Origin: Anaerolineae bacterium
GTDB lineage: Bacteria > Chloroflexota > Anaerolineae > VGOG01
Direction: 5' to 3'
Assembly (NCBI GenBank): GCA_049589355.1
Contig: JBAWAP010000384.1
Location: 2,349-66,348 of the forward strand
Length of the DNA: 64,000 nucleotides
The notes beneath the pieces were generated by a model. That model made no database searches. It saw only the letters and a program-made list of their open reading frames with translations, and had not been told where the DNA came from. Below are positions 32,498-40,608 of the stretch, piece by piece; positions within the stretch are counted from its first letter, which is position 1; each line of letters starts with the position of its first letter. The translations under genes and the position numbers were made by a program.

Positions 32498-32941
32498 TTA
32501 GCCAGGAAGAGGGACTCCACAGGCGCGGCAGGTCTCGCTATAGATGTCCACCGGTTTGCGGCAAGCAGGGCAGCGCCAGCGAGCCTCCTGCTCAACCAGC
32601 CAGGCATCGAGGCCGACCTCGGCCAGGCGGCGCAGGTTGGAGAGAGGGATGTCGCGGCGGTCGGCGCTGAAGGCGGCCAGTTCCTTGCAGGGAAAGTCCA
32701 TGCACTCATAGCAGAAGGTGATGCCCTGGTCCTGCGTGCAGGTCTTGAATCGGCAGTCCGGAGTCCAGAGGCAGTCAAAGGGGCCACGACAGCCCTCGCA
32801 GCGGATGTCCTCCGGCTGGCAGTGGAAGGCCTGGCGGGCGGCCCGTTCCAGCCGTTCGGTGTCCCTGTCTTTGTACATCCGGTAGATGCCGCAGGCCCCG
32901 CAGTAGAGACCGCAGGCGCTGGCTAATGTAGTGTCAGTCAT
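32498..32941 (-). CDS. DUF3795 cysteine-rich protein
   Basis: CGLYCGACGIY...CEGC...C..C..C...CYECMDFPCKEL. ATG at 32941 forms ATGA overlap with the stop of the upstream toroid gene. Confidence 0.75.
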   Translation of the reverse strand: MTDTTLASACGLYCGACGIYRMYKDRDTERLERAARQAFHCQPEDIRCEGCRGPFDCLWTPDCRFKTCTQDQGITFCYECMDFPCKELAAFSADRRDIPLSNLRRLAEVGLDAWLVEQEARWRCPACRKPVDIYSETCRACGVPLPG

Positions 32942-33837
32942 TTCACCTCTTCCCCGAATTGTTTGAGCACGTGCAAGGCTTTGAGTGTGATCCACTTGCT
33001 CGGTTGCCCATTGCGCTCGATGCGCACGGCGGTGGAGCCGCCCTCCTTGAACCAGCGACCATCGTCCTGCTGTTTCTTCACGACGTGCTGCACCAGTGTC
33101 CAAAACCGTGGGTCGGCGGCGTAGCCGCAGGCGGCCAGCGCCTCCAGCGCGTCCAGCAGGTCGGACTGAAAGTACCACGGGAAGCCGAATCGCAGCCAGC
33201 AGGCTTCCTCACCCTCGAAATCGAAGTCGTGGGAGAGGAGTGCTTCGGCTGTACGGGCTATCGCGCCGCGGACGTCCCAACCTTTAGGGGCGGCGGCAAA
33301 GGCCCACAGCGCTTTGACTGCCAGCCAGTGGCAGGGGTGCTGCTTCTGGTACCAACAGATGAGGCCATCGTCCTGCTCCAGCCGCTCAATCATCGCTCTC
33401 CAGCCTTCATCCACACGGGGATCGTCCCCGTAGCCGAAATGGGCGAGGAAGCGCAGGCAGTTGGCAGTGTAGCAGGGCACAATGCACACCGGCCGGCGCA
33501 TCGGGAGCCAGGGCTTGCTCAGCACGAACTCGCAGCCTCGGTGAGTGCGCTCGTCGGGCGGGACGCCTAAACGGGAAAGGATGAGGAGTTGTCCTGATGC
33601 GCGTTTGATCCCGGTTGCCCTTTCCGGCGTATCCCACCAGCCAGTGGGATCCTGGCGGGCGAAGATGGCCTGCACGTCCTTCGAGCCGGGGATAGCCGCG
33701 CGTGCCTCGCTCACTTCGGGGCTGCCGGTGGGCCGTTCAAGGATGTCGGTGAGCGTGAAGTAGCGCACCGAGGAATTATCTAGTTCGAGAAGCCAATCGG
33801 TTGGATCTGCCTTTAAGAGGTCTTTCCAATTCGCCAT
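32938..33837 (-). CDS. Prenyltransferase/QW-repeat alpha-toroid protein, paralog 2
   Basis: DLLKADPTDWLLELDNSSVRYFTL N-terminus; QDPTGWWD, QDDGLICWY, QQDDGRWFKEG repeats. Confidence 0.5.
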   Translation of the reverse strand: MANWKDLLKADPTDWLLELDNSSVRYFTLTDILERPTGSPEVSEARAAIPGSKDVQAIFARQDPTGWWDTPERATGIKRASGQLLILSRLGVPPDERTHRGCEFVLSKPWLPMRRPVCIVPCYTANCLRFLAHFGYGDDPRVDEGWRAMIERLEQDDGLICWYQKQHPCHWLAVKALWAFAAAPKGWDVRGAIARTAEALLSHDFDFEGEEACWLRFGFPWYFQSDLLDALEALAACGYAADPRFWTLVQHVVKKQQDDGRWFKEGGSTAVRIERNGQPSKWITLKALHVLKQFGEEVK

Positions 33838-33871
33838 GTTTCTCCTCTCGATTTGGGAGGTCAGGCCAACA

Positions 33872-34882
33872 TCATCCCGATTCCGCCGGCAACCAGTGCA
33901 GTCCCTCGCCCTGGGCGGCGAGCGCCAAGCCCCACCCGAACGGCTCGCTCACCCGCAGCACGGCGGTAAGACAGTGCGTGCCAGACGCTAACACCTGCCG
34001 GAGGGCTTGCATCCCCAACTCTACGTACCCGCGTGCCGCGCGGTCCGCAAAGCCTTGGAAAGTGTTCTCCCCACTGAAGATAACCTGCCCGTCCAACTCC
34101 AGGGTAAGAGCATCACTGAAGCCAAACTCGAATGTCATTGCCCCTCCCTCAGGCGTCTCGAAACGTCGGGTCAGACGCACTTCGCTCAACGAGATTGGCA
34201 GGTAGCGGTTCAGGTTGATCACACCATTCGGTTCGCAGGTCACTACGCCGTAACCCTCCACGAACCAGGCTCTGACAGTGCCTTCGCCAGCGCTGGGCAT
34301 CTCTCCGCGTGGGATATCCAGCCTATCACAGGTTGAGACTCGCAGGTCGCAAAAGTAGGCCGGGCGATAGGTCCACAGCCCAAAAAGCCCAGCCGCGATT
34401 GGATGAGCCAGCTTCTCCATGATCAACGGCGGCTGCCCATCTACCGAAACAGCGGCTCGGCCGCCACAAAAATCCACCTTCAGTCGGAACCAGTGCCCGG
34501 TCGGCACCTGCGTGGCGCGTTGGTAGCTCGGGCCATGATACACCTGCCAGGTGTTCGATCCATGGAAGACCGGGTCATACTGCAGCGCATCCCACTGGCC
34601 ACTGACGTGAGGTACGGCGTAAGCCAGCTCAAAGTTGAGTACATCGGCGACACGGAAAGCGACACCCGGATACGCCGGCCCATCAGCGCCAATCAGCATC
34701 TCTATGCTGGCGTCCGTCATCCGGTGGCCGGGGATCAGGGCCAAACCGTCCTCCAACCGCAGCGCCTCGCGCCCCTGCCAGGTGACGACCTCAGCCCGCG
34801 CCGCGTGGATTTCCAGGTCGGGAATGTTGGTAAGGCTGTGTTCCAGGAGAGTGTCCATCTCGAATGACTCCTTGCGTTTCAC
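33872..34882 (-). CDS. Hypothetical protein (possible tandem concanavalin/LamG-like jelly-roll domains)
   Basis: 336 aa, beta-rich, no recognised catalytic motif. Confidence 0.3.
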   Translation of the reverse strand: MKRKESFEMDTLLEHSLTNIPDLEIHAARAEVVTWQGREALRLEDGLALIPGHRMTDASIEMLIGADGPAYPGVAFRVADVLNFELAYAVPHVSGQWDALQYDPVFHGSNTWQVYHGPSYQRATQVPTGHWFRLKVDFCGGRAAVSVDGQPPLIMEKLAHPIAAGLFGLWTYRPAYFCDLRVSTCDRLDIPRGEMPSAGEGTVRAWFVEGYGVVTCEPNGVINLNRYLPISLSEVRLTRRFETPEGGAMTFEFGFSDALTLELDGQVIFSGENTFQGFADRAARGYVELGMQALRQVLASGTHCLTAVLRVSEPFGWGLALAAQGEGLHWLPAESG

Positions 34883-34918
34883 TCTTTATCTTACAACACC
34901 GCTTGAGCCTTCCGTGGC

Positions 34919-35848
34919 TCAGGCATCCGCGGCCTTGATCGCGTACAGCGCCTGCCACGTGACCCATTTACTGGGTCGGCGACGCGGTTCCAGTGGGGTC
35001 CACATACGGCTACCGTAGGGATTAGCACCGTTCCAGCGACCGTCGTCACGGCGTCGGGTCTCCAGCCACTCTAGCGCCTTGCGAAAAGCGGGTTTTTCGT
35101 TCACGCGCCCCAGGTCGGTCAGGGCGCGCAGGGCGAAGAGCACGTCAGCCTGGTAAAAGAGCGGAAAGTTGAGCCGGTCCCACAACTTGTGGCGTGGGCC
35201 GCTGCTGGGATAGTTCCCCTCGCAGAGTTCAAAACGGCCCAGGAAGCAGACACCGCTCGCAACCGCCTCTTGGACAGCACCACTGCGCTCGCCGCTGGGG
35301 ATATGCCCGAAACCCCATAATGCCCGCACCACGCCCCAGGCGCAGGGCAGGTCTCCGTTGATGTTGCAACGCCACTCCCCCGGCGTGCCTGCGCGGGCCA
35401 GTTCTGCCTCGAACTCCCCCACCCGTTCATCCTGTCCGTGACCGAGGGCGTGCAGGTAACCGATAAGGTTGCCGTGGAAGCAGGGCCAGACAGTGGAGCG
35501 GTCCTCACCGTACACCCTGTCAATCATCCGATGGCAGGCAGCGGCGATACGTTCGTCCTGCCCATCGGCGGCGAGTTCGGCCAGCAGGAGCAATTGCCAA
35601 TGAGTCGAGGTATACTTGTAAGTGTAATAACCCCGCTCACCTTCCCAGCGTCCATCGCCGGCATAGTGGGAGAGAATCTCGACCGCCGGCCCTCGTTCCA
35701 GGATCGCCCGACGCATCTCGATCACTTCCGCATCTCCCTCGGTTCGGTCGAGCAACTTGACCAACGTCCAGTAGCGAACCGAGGGGTTCTCTGGCTCCAG
35801 CAGCCATTCCGTCGGGTCGGCTTTGAGTCTACTTTTCCAGTTTCTCAT
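34919..35848 (-). CDS. Prenyltransferase/QW-repeat alpha-toroid protein, paralog 3
   Basis: RLKADPTEWLLEPENPSVRYWTL N-terminus; AGDGRWEGE, RRDDGRWNGANP repeats. Confidence 0.5.
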   Translation of the reverse strand: MRNWKSRLKADPTEWLLEPENPSVRYWTLVKLLDRTEGDAEVIEMRRAILERGPAVEILSHYAGDGRWEGERGYYTYKYTSTHWQLLLLAELAADGQDERIAAACHRMIDRVYGEDRSTVWPCFHGNLIGYLHALGHGQDERVGEFEAELARAGTPGEWRCNINGDLPCAWGVVRALWGFGHIPSGERSGAVQEAVASGVCFLGRFELCEGNYPSSGPRHKLWDRLNFPLFYQADVLFALRALTDLGRVNEKPAFRKALEWLETRRRDDGRWNGANPYGSRMWTPLEPRRRPSKWVTWQALYAIKAADA

Positions 35849-35868
35849 GTATTTCCTGACTCTTCATG

Positions 35869-36489
35869 CTATCGCACTCCAAGAATTTCTCTCGCCACCT
35901 CCAACGTTCGATCTGCCAGAAACAGCAGTCTCCTTTGGATCTCCTCCTCGTTAATCAGGCCGCCAAAGAGGTTCTCTGTCGTGAAGCCAGCGTTATTGAT
36001 GACCTCGAAACCGGCCAGCTTTCTCCCCATACACTTCGCATCGTCGGACACTAAGCCTGGCGTCCATTGTGCACCATCTGACCAGTGAGGGGCGGCCAGG
36101 ACCACGGCGCTGACGACAGAGCGTTTTAGTTTCTCCACCGGCGCCTGATGGGAGAAAGCTTGCGCTCTCTGAGAAAAGGCTATCCACAGAGCGGGTGGCA
36201 GGCCGCCATAATTCGGTATGAAGAGTAGCAAGATATCCGCCTGCTAGCACTTCTCCCAGATCATTCGTACATCGTCTTCAATCGGGCAGGCTTCATCTGC
36301 TCTGCGCTGTGGATCGAAGCGAGCCACACACTCATACGAGCAGCGCTGGCAGGGGGTGATTTGGCAGTCATAGAAGTTGATCAACTCCCCCTCTACGCGC
36401 TGCTGTTTGAGCCGCTCCAGCATAAACTCGGCGAAGTCATAGCAATTGCCTCGCTCTCTGGCGCTGACTACCAAGGCCAGGGCTTTCAT
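35869..36489 (-). pseudogene. Flavodoxin-like/NADPH-dependent FMN reductase-like gene interrupted by an in-frame TAG
   Basis: ORFs 36244-36489 and 35869-36231 are in the same frame, separated only by TAG (WEKC*QADILLLFIPNYGG). Confidence 0.45.
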
Positions 36490-37445
36490 CGCCTCCTCCC
36501 TCTCCCCGGGTTTGGAATGTAACGCAGGGCCACTTCGGCGGCTTGTGCTCGCTGCTCATCCTGTAGCCAGCCCTCCAGAACCGGCCGCACGGCCTCAGGC
36601 TGGCGCTGGCCCAGATAGTGGAGTGCAGAAGCGGCGGCTCGCCAGACAAAGCGCCGCTCGTCAGCCGCCAACTGGCCGAGGATTTCGAGTGCCTCCTGCA
36701 AATGTCGAGTTCCCCCGAAGCTACGAAAGGCCATGGCCACATTCCACCGCACCTCTTCTCTGGGGTCATCGGCCCAGCGACGAAGGCGGGCCAGAGTGGG
36801 CCGCGGATGGCACCTCAAGAGCCCATCGCCGATGGCATAGGGACCCAGATTCTTGCGTACGTACTCCTCGCGGTCGGCGAGTAGCGACTCCACCAGGTTG
36901 AGGAGGGCCTCGGCCCACTCTTCTCTCCGCTCGTTGCCCGCCTTCCGCACGGCGATGGTCACACCTCGCCGCACGTTGGCAGAAGGATGCCGCGTCCAGG
37001 ACCAGAGAACGCGGTAGAAGACGTCGAAGTGGGCTACGAGGAGGCTGCCCAGCGTACTATGGGCAGCCTCGCGGACCCACCAGTCCTCGTCGTCGGCGAG
37101 ACGCAGAAGCCATGCCTGAACCTCGGCAGCCCGCAAGGGCCAGTAGTGACGAAGCAAAGGGGCTGCGACGGCTCTCGCCGCTGGCTCCGGCCGCTCGGCC
37201 AGACGGCAGGTCCAATCGTAGAGCTCTTCCGTCCCAGGACCGAGGGCCTCCTCGATAGTCACCATGGCCTGGTAGCCAGTCTTGCCCCACTTGGTGGTCA
37301 TCAGGGTAGCAACCAGGCCCTCCTCGTCATCGGCTTCGAGAGCGCGTTGCGCAGCCTGAGCGTCGAACTGGCCCTTGGACGAACTTGCAAGCCCAGGTGT
37401 GCGGGTTGTTTCCTGGTGTTGCGGCAACCGGTTGGCCAACGACAT
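36486..37445 (-). CDS. DNA alkylation repair protein (AlkD/AlkC-like HEAT-like-repeat glycosylase family)
   Basis: WWVREAAHSTLG, NVRRGVTIAV, EVRWNVAMAF motifs typical of the DNA_alkylation HLR family. Confidence 0.65.
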   Translation of the reverse strand: MSLANRLPQHQETTRTPGLASSSKGQFDAQAAQRALEADDEEGLVATLMTTKWGKTGYQAMVTIEEALGPGTEELYDWTCRLAERPEPAARAVAAPLLRHYWPLRAAEVQAWLLRLADDEDWWVREAAHSTLGSLLVAHFDVFYRVLWSWTRHPSANVRRGVTIAVRKAGNERREEWAEALLNLVESLLADREEYVRKNLGPYAIGDGLLRCHPRPTLARLRRWADDPREEVRWNVAMAFRSFGGTRHLQEALEILGQLAADERRFVWRAAASALHYLGQRQPEAVRPVLEGWLQDEQRAQAAEVALRYIPNPGRGRRR

Positions 37446-37465
37446 GGCTACATCCCCTTTATATA

Positions 37466-37507
37466 GAACGAATGTTCGACATCCACATTATACCAGAACA
37501 TCTGTTC
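37466..37507. promoter_or_regulatory. Two Cheo-type LexA (SOS) boxes GAAC-N4-GTTC
   Basis: AGAACGAATGTTCG (37465-37478) and AGAACATCTGTTCG (37495-37508), positioned over the spacer and +1 of the promoter below. Confidence 0.6.
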
Positions 37508-37515
37508 GTTGTCAA
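37487..37515 (-). promoter_or_regulatory. Consensus sigma-70 promoter (TTGACA-17-TATAAT) driving the AlkD-like gene and downstream minus-strand genes
   Basis: Minus-strand reading cTTGACAacgaacagatgttctggTATAATg, ~45 nt upstream of the ATG at 37445. Confidence 0.6.
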
Positions 37516-37737
37516 GTTCGTGTAAGCAGGAATGTGCATTTCAGTTCTGGGGCAAATGCCATGGCGAGCGAAGCGAAGCAATCTCCTTTCCTGCATTTGG
37601 GGATTGCTTCGTCGCTGCGCTCCTCGCAATGACAGACTGCGCCAACCCTCAGTCTCGCCCCCAAATTGAAATACACCTTAAGCAGGGCGGCATTTGACTT
37701 TTTGTGGCCTGATCAGTATAATACTAATAGCTTGAGC

Positions 37738-37812
37738 GCGGGTGTGACGCAGGGGTAGCGTATCTGCTTCCCAAGCAGAGTGTCGAGGGTTCGAATCCCT
37801 TCACCCGCTCCA
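37738..37812 (+). tRNA. tRNA-Gly (anticodon CCC)
   Basis: GCGGGTG acceptor stem, anticodon stem TCTGC/GCAGA with loop TTCCCAA, T-loop GGTTCGAATCC, 3' CACCCGC-T-CCA. Confidence 0.9.
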
Positions 37813-37945
37813 GAAAAACGGCCTCTCGGATACGAATTCCGGGAGGCTGTGTTTTCTAGAGCAGCACGCCTAGCGCTGAAGCACTGGGCTGAAAGAGCAA
37901 AGCCCTGCGGGCTGAAATTCAGCCCTCGAAGAGGGCCTTGCCCTT

Positions 37946-38752
37946 TTAGCGTCGAGCTTCAACTTGGCGCTGGCTTTGCAACGTCACATCCCCGGCCAAT
38001 ATCCGCTTGCGTTGGCCATCGGAGGTGCGCAGGATGAGGGCTCCATCGGCATCTACTCCCTCGGCTAAGCCTGCCAGCACTCCATGAGGCGTGGTCACCT
38101 GCATCTGACGGGCCAGGTTAATGAGGCGAGCCGCCCATTCTTCATGGGGTGATTCTCCCCTCCTCAGGGACTTGTACCTTATCTCGATTCCCTCCAATAT
38201 TTTCCACAACAACTCCAGCCGTGAGACTTCCCAGGCTAGCTCCTGTGAAAGGCTGGTCGCCATACCTCTCAGCTCTGGCAGGGTAGAGATGGCCAAGTTG
38301 ACGTTCAGCCCCATACCCACGACGACGTAGTCGAGATGCCTGCCTGTCGTCCCCAATTCTGTCAAGATACCGCCAGCCTTCTTGCCCCGGATGAGGATGT
38401 CGTTGGGCCACTTCAGACCCACTGGCAAGCCCGTGAGTCCTTCGACGGCGTCGGCCATGGCCAGCGAGCAGATCATGGTCAGTCGCTGGGCTTGTTTGAG
38501 AACAAGCTCGGGGCGGAAGAGGAGAGACATGAGAAGGCTGGTGCCTGGTGGAGCCAACCACCTCCTGCCTAGCCGTCCCTTCCCTGTCGTTTGCTCGTCG
38601 GCGATGACCAGCGTACCTTCTGGCGCGCCTTGGACAGCTAACTCCTTGAGCAAGTCATTGGTCGAGCTGAGGGAGGAATAGTATACTATGCTCAGGCCGA
38701 TGAGGTCTGTCTTTAATCCTCTTCTAATGTTTTCAGCCGATAACTTGCTCAA
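37946..38752 (-). CDS. birA: Biotin--[acetyl-CoA-carboxylase] ligase
   Basis: GKGRLGRRW biotin-binding motif; 268 aa without N-terminal HTH. Confidence 0.9.
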   Translation of the reverse strand: MSKLSAENIRRGLKTDLIGLSIVYYSSLSSTNDLLKELAVQGAPEGTLVIADEQTTGKGRLGRRWLAPPGTSLLMSLLFRPELVLKQAQRLTMICSLAMADAVEGLTGLPVGLKWPNDILIRGKKAGGILTELGTTGRHLDYVVVGMGLNVNLAISTLPELRGMATSLSQELAWEVSRLELLWKILEGIEIRYKSLRRGESPHEEWAARLINLARQMQVTTPHGVLAGLAEGVDADGALILRTSDGQRKRILAGDVTLQSQRQVEARR

Positions 38753-38861
38753 GTCCAGCCTTGTCCCTTCCTATGCCAAAGTTACCACAAAAGTAGAACA
38801 AAGTCAAGATGCAAAGTCAAGCCCTGTTGACTAAAGAGGCAATTTCTGGTAAACTATTGAT

Positions 38862-39632
38862 GTGCAGGCCGCTACAGAAAGTACAGGAGGCCAACAAATG
38901 GATAACCGTTCTCAAACGATAATAGGCTGTTTTTCGATCATAGGCGTGATCTTCACGATCGTGGGCGTGATCATAGCTATCTTAGCCCTCGTTTCGCCTC
39001 AAAGGATCGTTGTAGTCTTACAGCACATTCTTCCTGAAGCGACCCCCGTTGTAATAACCGTGATGTCCACACCTGCACCAACGCTAGGCGCGAAGCCAGG
39101 CCCAACCTTGACTGTTCTACAGCTTGCATCAACGCCTTCACCCACATCATTTCCGAGTACATCGACGCCAACCTCCATGCCGCGTCCCACAGATACCCCT
39201 CCACCGACGGCAACTCCTCGGTCAAACACGCCACTTGGTTCGGTACTGAAACCTGGGGAACCATGGACACAAGATGGATTTTCATTAACCCTACACCTTA
39301 ACGAGATTGAGCCGGACTTTTTATCTTTCAATGTTTTTGGTGAAAACCAAACTGGCCAAGAGATCCTTGTTAAGATACAGCCACAGAATTTCATTGCGAT
39401 CAACAGTTTGGGACAGCACGGAGGTCTTGATTGGATGGAAACCGAGCGGCGTGGAGGAATTGCGAATTTTGGAACGAAAAAACTGGCTGCAGGTGAATCA
39501 ATAGTCATTTTGAGTCCTGGTCTTTTCCATGGGCTTGACTTAGGAAACCCAAAAGTCGAGTATGTAACTATTAGCATACACGATCTTTCACGAGTCAGCA
39601 AGGCCAGTTGGCGTATAGAAATCCCGCACTAG
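38862..39632 (+). CDS. Membrane-anchored hypothetical protein with Pro/Thr/Ser-rich linker
   Basis: One N-terminal TM helix, PT-rich low-complexity linker, ~120-aa C-terminal domain. Lower GC than surroundings. Confidence 0.4.
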   Translation: MQAATESTGGQQMDNRSQTIIGCFSIIGVIFTIVGVIIAILALVSPQRIVVVLQHILPEATPVVITVMSTPAPTLGAKPGPTLTVLQLASTPSPTSFPSTSTPTSMPRPTDTPPPTATPRSNTPLGSVLKPGEPWTQDGFSLTLHLNEIEPDFLSFNVFGENQTGQEILVKIQPQNFIAINSLGQHGGLDWMETERRGGIANFGTKKLAAGESIVILSPGLFHGLDLGNPKVEYVTISIHDLSRVSKASWRIEIPH

Positions 39633-39890
39633 AATGTGTCTTTACCCCCCCGGCTACCGTGGGGGTCTCAGAGACATCTACGCCGAGTCGGGCAAGCCAG
39701 ATAAACTATTCAAGAAGTACAGGCTTACCACCACTGATATAGTGGAAACTGTGAAGCAGGTATTAGCGAAGTAGGAGAAATAGTGCTCAAAGACAGTGTA
39801 CTTGAGAAATGATGGAGAAAAAGCAAAGGGCAGGAGGATAAGTCCTGCCTTATTCTTTGCCACTATTGACCTCGACAATTCTATGTTCAA

Positions 39891-39966
39891 GGGTAGAAGC
39901 CCAACCGTGTTGGGCGTTGACGGAGCAACAAGGCTTATGACGGCCAATACGATTGGCCTTCTACCC
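39891..39966 (+). other. 76-nt nested-hairpin element (8-bp closing helix enclosing two 6-7 bp hairpins) upstream of the HIT gene
   Basis: GGGTAGAA...TTCTACCC; CCCAAC-cgt-GTTGGG; GGCCAAT-acg-ATTGGCC. Confidence 0.3.
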
Positions 39967-40010
39967 CCCAACTTGAGGCGATTATGCCACCTGAGAAGGG
40001 GGGAGAAGCT

Positions 40011-40517
40011 ATGAAAAGGCTGTGGTCGCCTTGGCGCCTGGAATACATACTGAGCGAGAAGGGCGGGGGGTGCATTTTTTGCGAAAAAATCACCGATAAC
40101 GATGACCAGGCCAATTACATTCTCCACCGGGGCAAGAAGTGCTATGTGATGCTTAATCGCTATCCCTATAACAATGGCCACTTGATGGTCATCCCTTATC
40201 AGCACGTGCCGAGCCCAGAGCAGTTGGAAGAGGATGTGCTAGCTGAGATGATGCTCATGGTCAACAGGAGCCTCGAGGCGCTGCGCCGAGCCATGCACCC
40301 GGATGGCTTCAACATAGGGATCAATATCGGCAAGGCAGCAGGGGCAGGAATCGAGGAGCACGTCCACATCCACGTTGTCCCCCGCTGGAAGGCGGACACC
40401 AACTTCATGCCTGTTTTTTCACACACCCGCGTTATCCCAGAGCTTCTTGACGACACTTATCAAAAGCTTAAGGCTGCTTGGGAAGAGTCTGAAATGAGTA
40501 ATGAGTCAACGAGTTGA
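40011..40517 (+). CDS. HIT family hydrolase
   Basis: HVHIHVVPR histidine triad; C-terminal ESEMSNESTS tail encoded by a palindromic repeat copy. Confidence 0.85.
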   Translation: MKRLWSPWRLEYILSEKGGGCIFCEKITDNDDQANYILHRGKKCYVMLNRYPYNNGHLMVIPYQHVPSPEQLEEDVLAEMMLMVNRSLEALRRAMHPDGFNIGINIGKAAGAGIEEHVHIHVVPRWKADTNFMPVFSHTRVIPELLDDTYQKLKAAWEESEMSNESTS

Positions 40518-40584
40518 TGAGTCACCGAGTTAACGAGGGCCTCTTGACTCGTTACCTCAGTAACTCATTGACTCGGTAACTCAT
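40494..40584. repeat. Palindromic GTAACGAGTCAA-family element, copy B (overlaps HIT stop codon)
   Basis: ATGAGTAATGAGTCAACGAGTTGATGAGTCACCGAGTTAACGAG-GGCCTC-TTGACTCGTTACCTCAGTAACTCATTGACTCGGTAACTCAT. Confidence 0.55.
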
Positions 40585-40608
40585 GACTACGACACCGGTG
40601 GTGGTAGC

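Noticed and set aside
36244-36246. Pyrrolysine or genetic-code reassignment explanation for the in-frame TAG
   Set aside because: No pyl genes or other internal TAG codons were seen in the well-supported genes of this window. Nonsense mutation or assembly error is more parsimonious.
37738-37812. tRNA-Gly as integration site of the upstream repair island
   Set aside because: The island-like block lies on the 5' side of the tRNA. No phage-type integrase or direct repeat of the tRNA 3' end was seen. The integron integrase at 61 kb is unrelated and is not a tRNA-targeting type.
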